A stretch of DNA of 63,693 nucleotides, the filler included. It is 7 parts of 7 records of this genome, joined end to end, with 100 filler letters (N's around TTAATTAATTAA, not from the genome) between each part and the next. Parts side by side here need not be neighbours in the genome. Positions count along the whole stretch, not along the records: positions 57,094 to 63,693 come from SRR31147125_915; 6 more parts are not named here. The stretch is one strand, 5' to 3'. The translations under genes and the position numbers were made by a program. The notes under the pieces were generated by a model. That model was not told the origin of the DNA. It saw only the letters and a program-made list of their open reading frames with translations, and did not search any database. This document shows, piece after piece, positions 62,230-63,693 of the stretch (the stretch's first letter is position 1; each line of letters opens with the position of its first letter).

Positions 62230-63080
62230 TGAACATTCTATTTATTGGCACTGGTGTCATGGGAGCACCCATGGCAAAACATTTAAGTCATGCAGGTCAT
62301 AAGGTTTATGCATATAATAGAACGTATGAAAAAGCAAAACGTCTAGAACCTGATGTGATTGCGATAAAAGAAATAAAAGATGTCATTTTAGATGTAGATG
62401 TCATATTTAGTATTGTTGGTTATCCAAGTGATGTTAAAGAAGTTTATGAAAAAGTAATTGCACTTGCGAAATCTAATACCATATTAGTAGACATGACAAC
62501 ATCTTCACCAAGTCTTGCAAAAGAACTATACCAAGAGGCTAAAAAGAAATCTCTTCATATGATAGATGCACCAGTCACTGGTGGTGATTTAGGCGCAATC
62601 AATCAAAGTCTATCAATTATGGTTGGTGGGGATCACAATATATTCTTAAAAATAAAACCGTTATTAGAAGTGATGGGGAAGACGATTACTTATATGGGAA
62701 ATGCGGGTTCTGGAATGACTGCAAAACTGTGTAATCAAACCGTTATAGCAGGCAATATACTAGGTATTGCAGAAGCACTCGTATTAGCAAAGCATCGTGG
62801 TCTTGATTTAAATCGTATGTTAGATGTCATTGTAGGTGGGTCTGCATCATCATGGCAAGCTAAAAACAATGGGAGAAAAATGATAGATCATGATTATGAA
62901 CCTGGTTTCTTCGTTAAGCATTATTTAAAAGATTTAAAACTTGCCGTCGAAGAAAAAGGCGATTTACCGCTTCATGTTTTAGAAACTGCTAAGAAAACAT
63001 ATGACATACTATCACAAAATGATTTTTTTGAAAAAGGTACACAATCTATTATAGAAGCTTATTTAAGGGAGCTGGTTTAA
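62229..63080 (+). CDS. NAD(P)-dependent oxidoreductase (3-hydroxyisobutyrate dehydrogenase family)
   Basis: FIGTGVMGAPMA, YNRT, DAPVTGG, KLCNQ, KDLKLA. Confidence 0.93.
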   Translation: MNILFIGTGVMGAPMAKHLSHAGHKVYAYNRTYEKAKRLEPDVIAIKEIKDVILDVDVIFSIVGYPSDVKEVYEKVIALAKSNTILVDMTTSSPSLAKELYQEAKKKSLHMIDAPVTGGDLGAINQSLSIMVGGDHNIFLKIKPLLEVMGKTITYMGNAGSGMTAKLCNQTVIAGNILGIAEALVLAKHRGLDLNRMLDVIVGGSASSWQAKNNGRKMIDHDYEPGFFVKHYLKDLKLAVEEKGDLPLHVLETAKKTYDILSQNDFFEKGTQSIIEAYLRELV

Positions 63081-63686
63081 TTGATTAATGATGCGAAAAT
63101 ATTTGAAAGAGAAGTACTAGACATAGAACGTCAAAGTGAAGAAAAAGCACATATTGATATTGTATTTTATGGATCTTCTAGTATAAGGCTATGGCATACA
63201 CTTAAAGATGATTTTAAAGACTATCATGTCCTAAATCATGGTTTTGGTGGGAGTAAAATTAATGATACAATTTATTACTATAATCGCTTAGTAAAAGCAT
63301 ATCATCCAAAAGCTGTAGTTTGTTTTGTTGGTTCAAATGATATGGATAGATCACAAAAGAAAGTGGCACATGTCACGCGTGTATTTAGACACTTCAAAAA
63401 GCTTTATCATATCCATGAAAAAATCTTAAATGTACCAATGATCTATATATTAATTACACCAACACCAAGACGCATGGATATGTTATCTCTTGTGAATCAA
63501 TACAATGAGAAAGTTAAAAAATTCTCTAAAAAACATAAGCATTTACATGTACTAGACTTAGGTGATGAGTTTATGGACAATCATCAACCTATTGAAAAAC
63601 TATTTATATCGGATGGTCTTCATATGTCAAATGAAGGTTATGATATTTGGCGTAAACATGTATTAGAAAAACTTCAAGAAGTCTGA
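63081..63686 (+). CDS. GDSL/SGNH hydrolase family protein
   Basis: FYGSSSI, NHGFGG, GSND, DGLH. Confidence 0.9.
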   Translation: MINDAKIFEREVLDIERQSEEKAHIDIVFYGSSSIRLWHTLKDDFKDYHVLNHGFGGSKINDTIYYYNRLVKAYHPKAVVCFVGSNDMDRSQKKVAHVTRVFRHFKKLYHIHEKILNVPMIYILITPTPRRMDMLSLVNQYNEKVKKFSKKHKHLHVLDLGDEFMDNHQPIEKLFISDGLHMSNEGYDIWRKHVLEKLQEV

Positions 63687-63693
63687 TAAAAAA

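Noticed and set aside
57094-63693. Novel system in the gcv contig
   Set aside because: Ordinary gcvT-H-PA-PB operon plus common enzymes; nothing unusual apart from indel errors

Overview
This window is not one genomic locus. It is seven unrelated low-GC bacterial contigs joined by 100-bp artificial linkers (N44-TTAATTAATTAA-N44), so gene neighbourhoods are only meaningful within a contig; the taxonomic labels below are inference only. (1) 1-5617, Bacteroidota-like: a TPR protein, a prolyl oligopeptidase, and a Gly/Ser-rich small peptide divergent from an HPr-kinase-like gene and an NTP_transf_5 nucleotidyltransferase (candidate RiPP-like system). (2) 5718-13690: MCP end, a TolC/MFP/RND efflux operon with a PG0541-family gene, and a membrane LuxR regulator. 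(3) 13791-19224, Mollicutes/Firmicutes-like: a mosaic of gene stubs with a repeated 24-bp palindromic site and an orphan Ntox37-like toxin tip with a probable immunity gene, then class Ib RNR genes. (4) 19325-40096: an HTH-TPR (RRNPP-like) regulator with a divergent 36-aa peptide, an IS256 scar, a TRAP-aldolase-fucI-D-ribulokinase operon (hypothesised Kdo catabolism) and a sugar ABC/MBL/GntR cluster. (5) 40197-47646, Bacteroidota-like: TonB receptor plus YfiR, polA, ArsR, polyprenyl synthase. (6) 47747-56993, Clostridia-like: a type VII secretion locus (EssC, EsaB-like, three WXG100) with three FHA proteins, Zn-ribbon proteins, a candidate membrane effector and a TPR protein. (7) 57094-63693: glycine cleavage system and housekeeping enzymes. 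At least 11 genes are broken by single-base losses in homopolymer runs, almost certainly sequencing errors.
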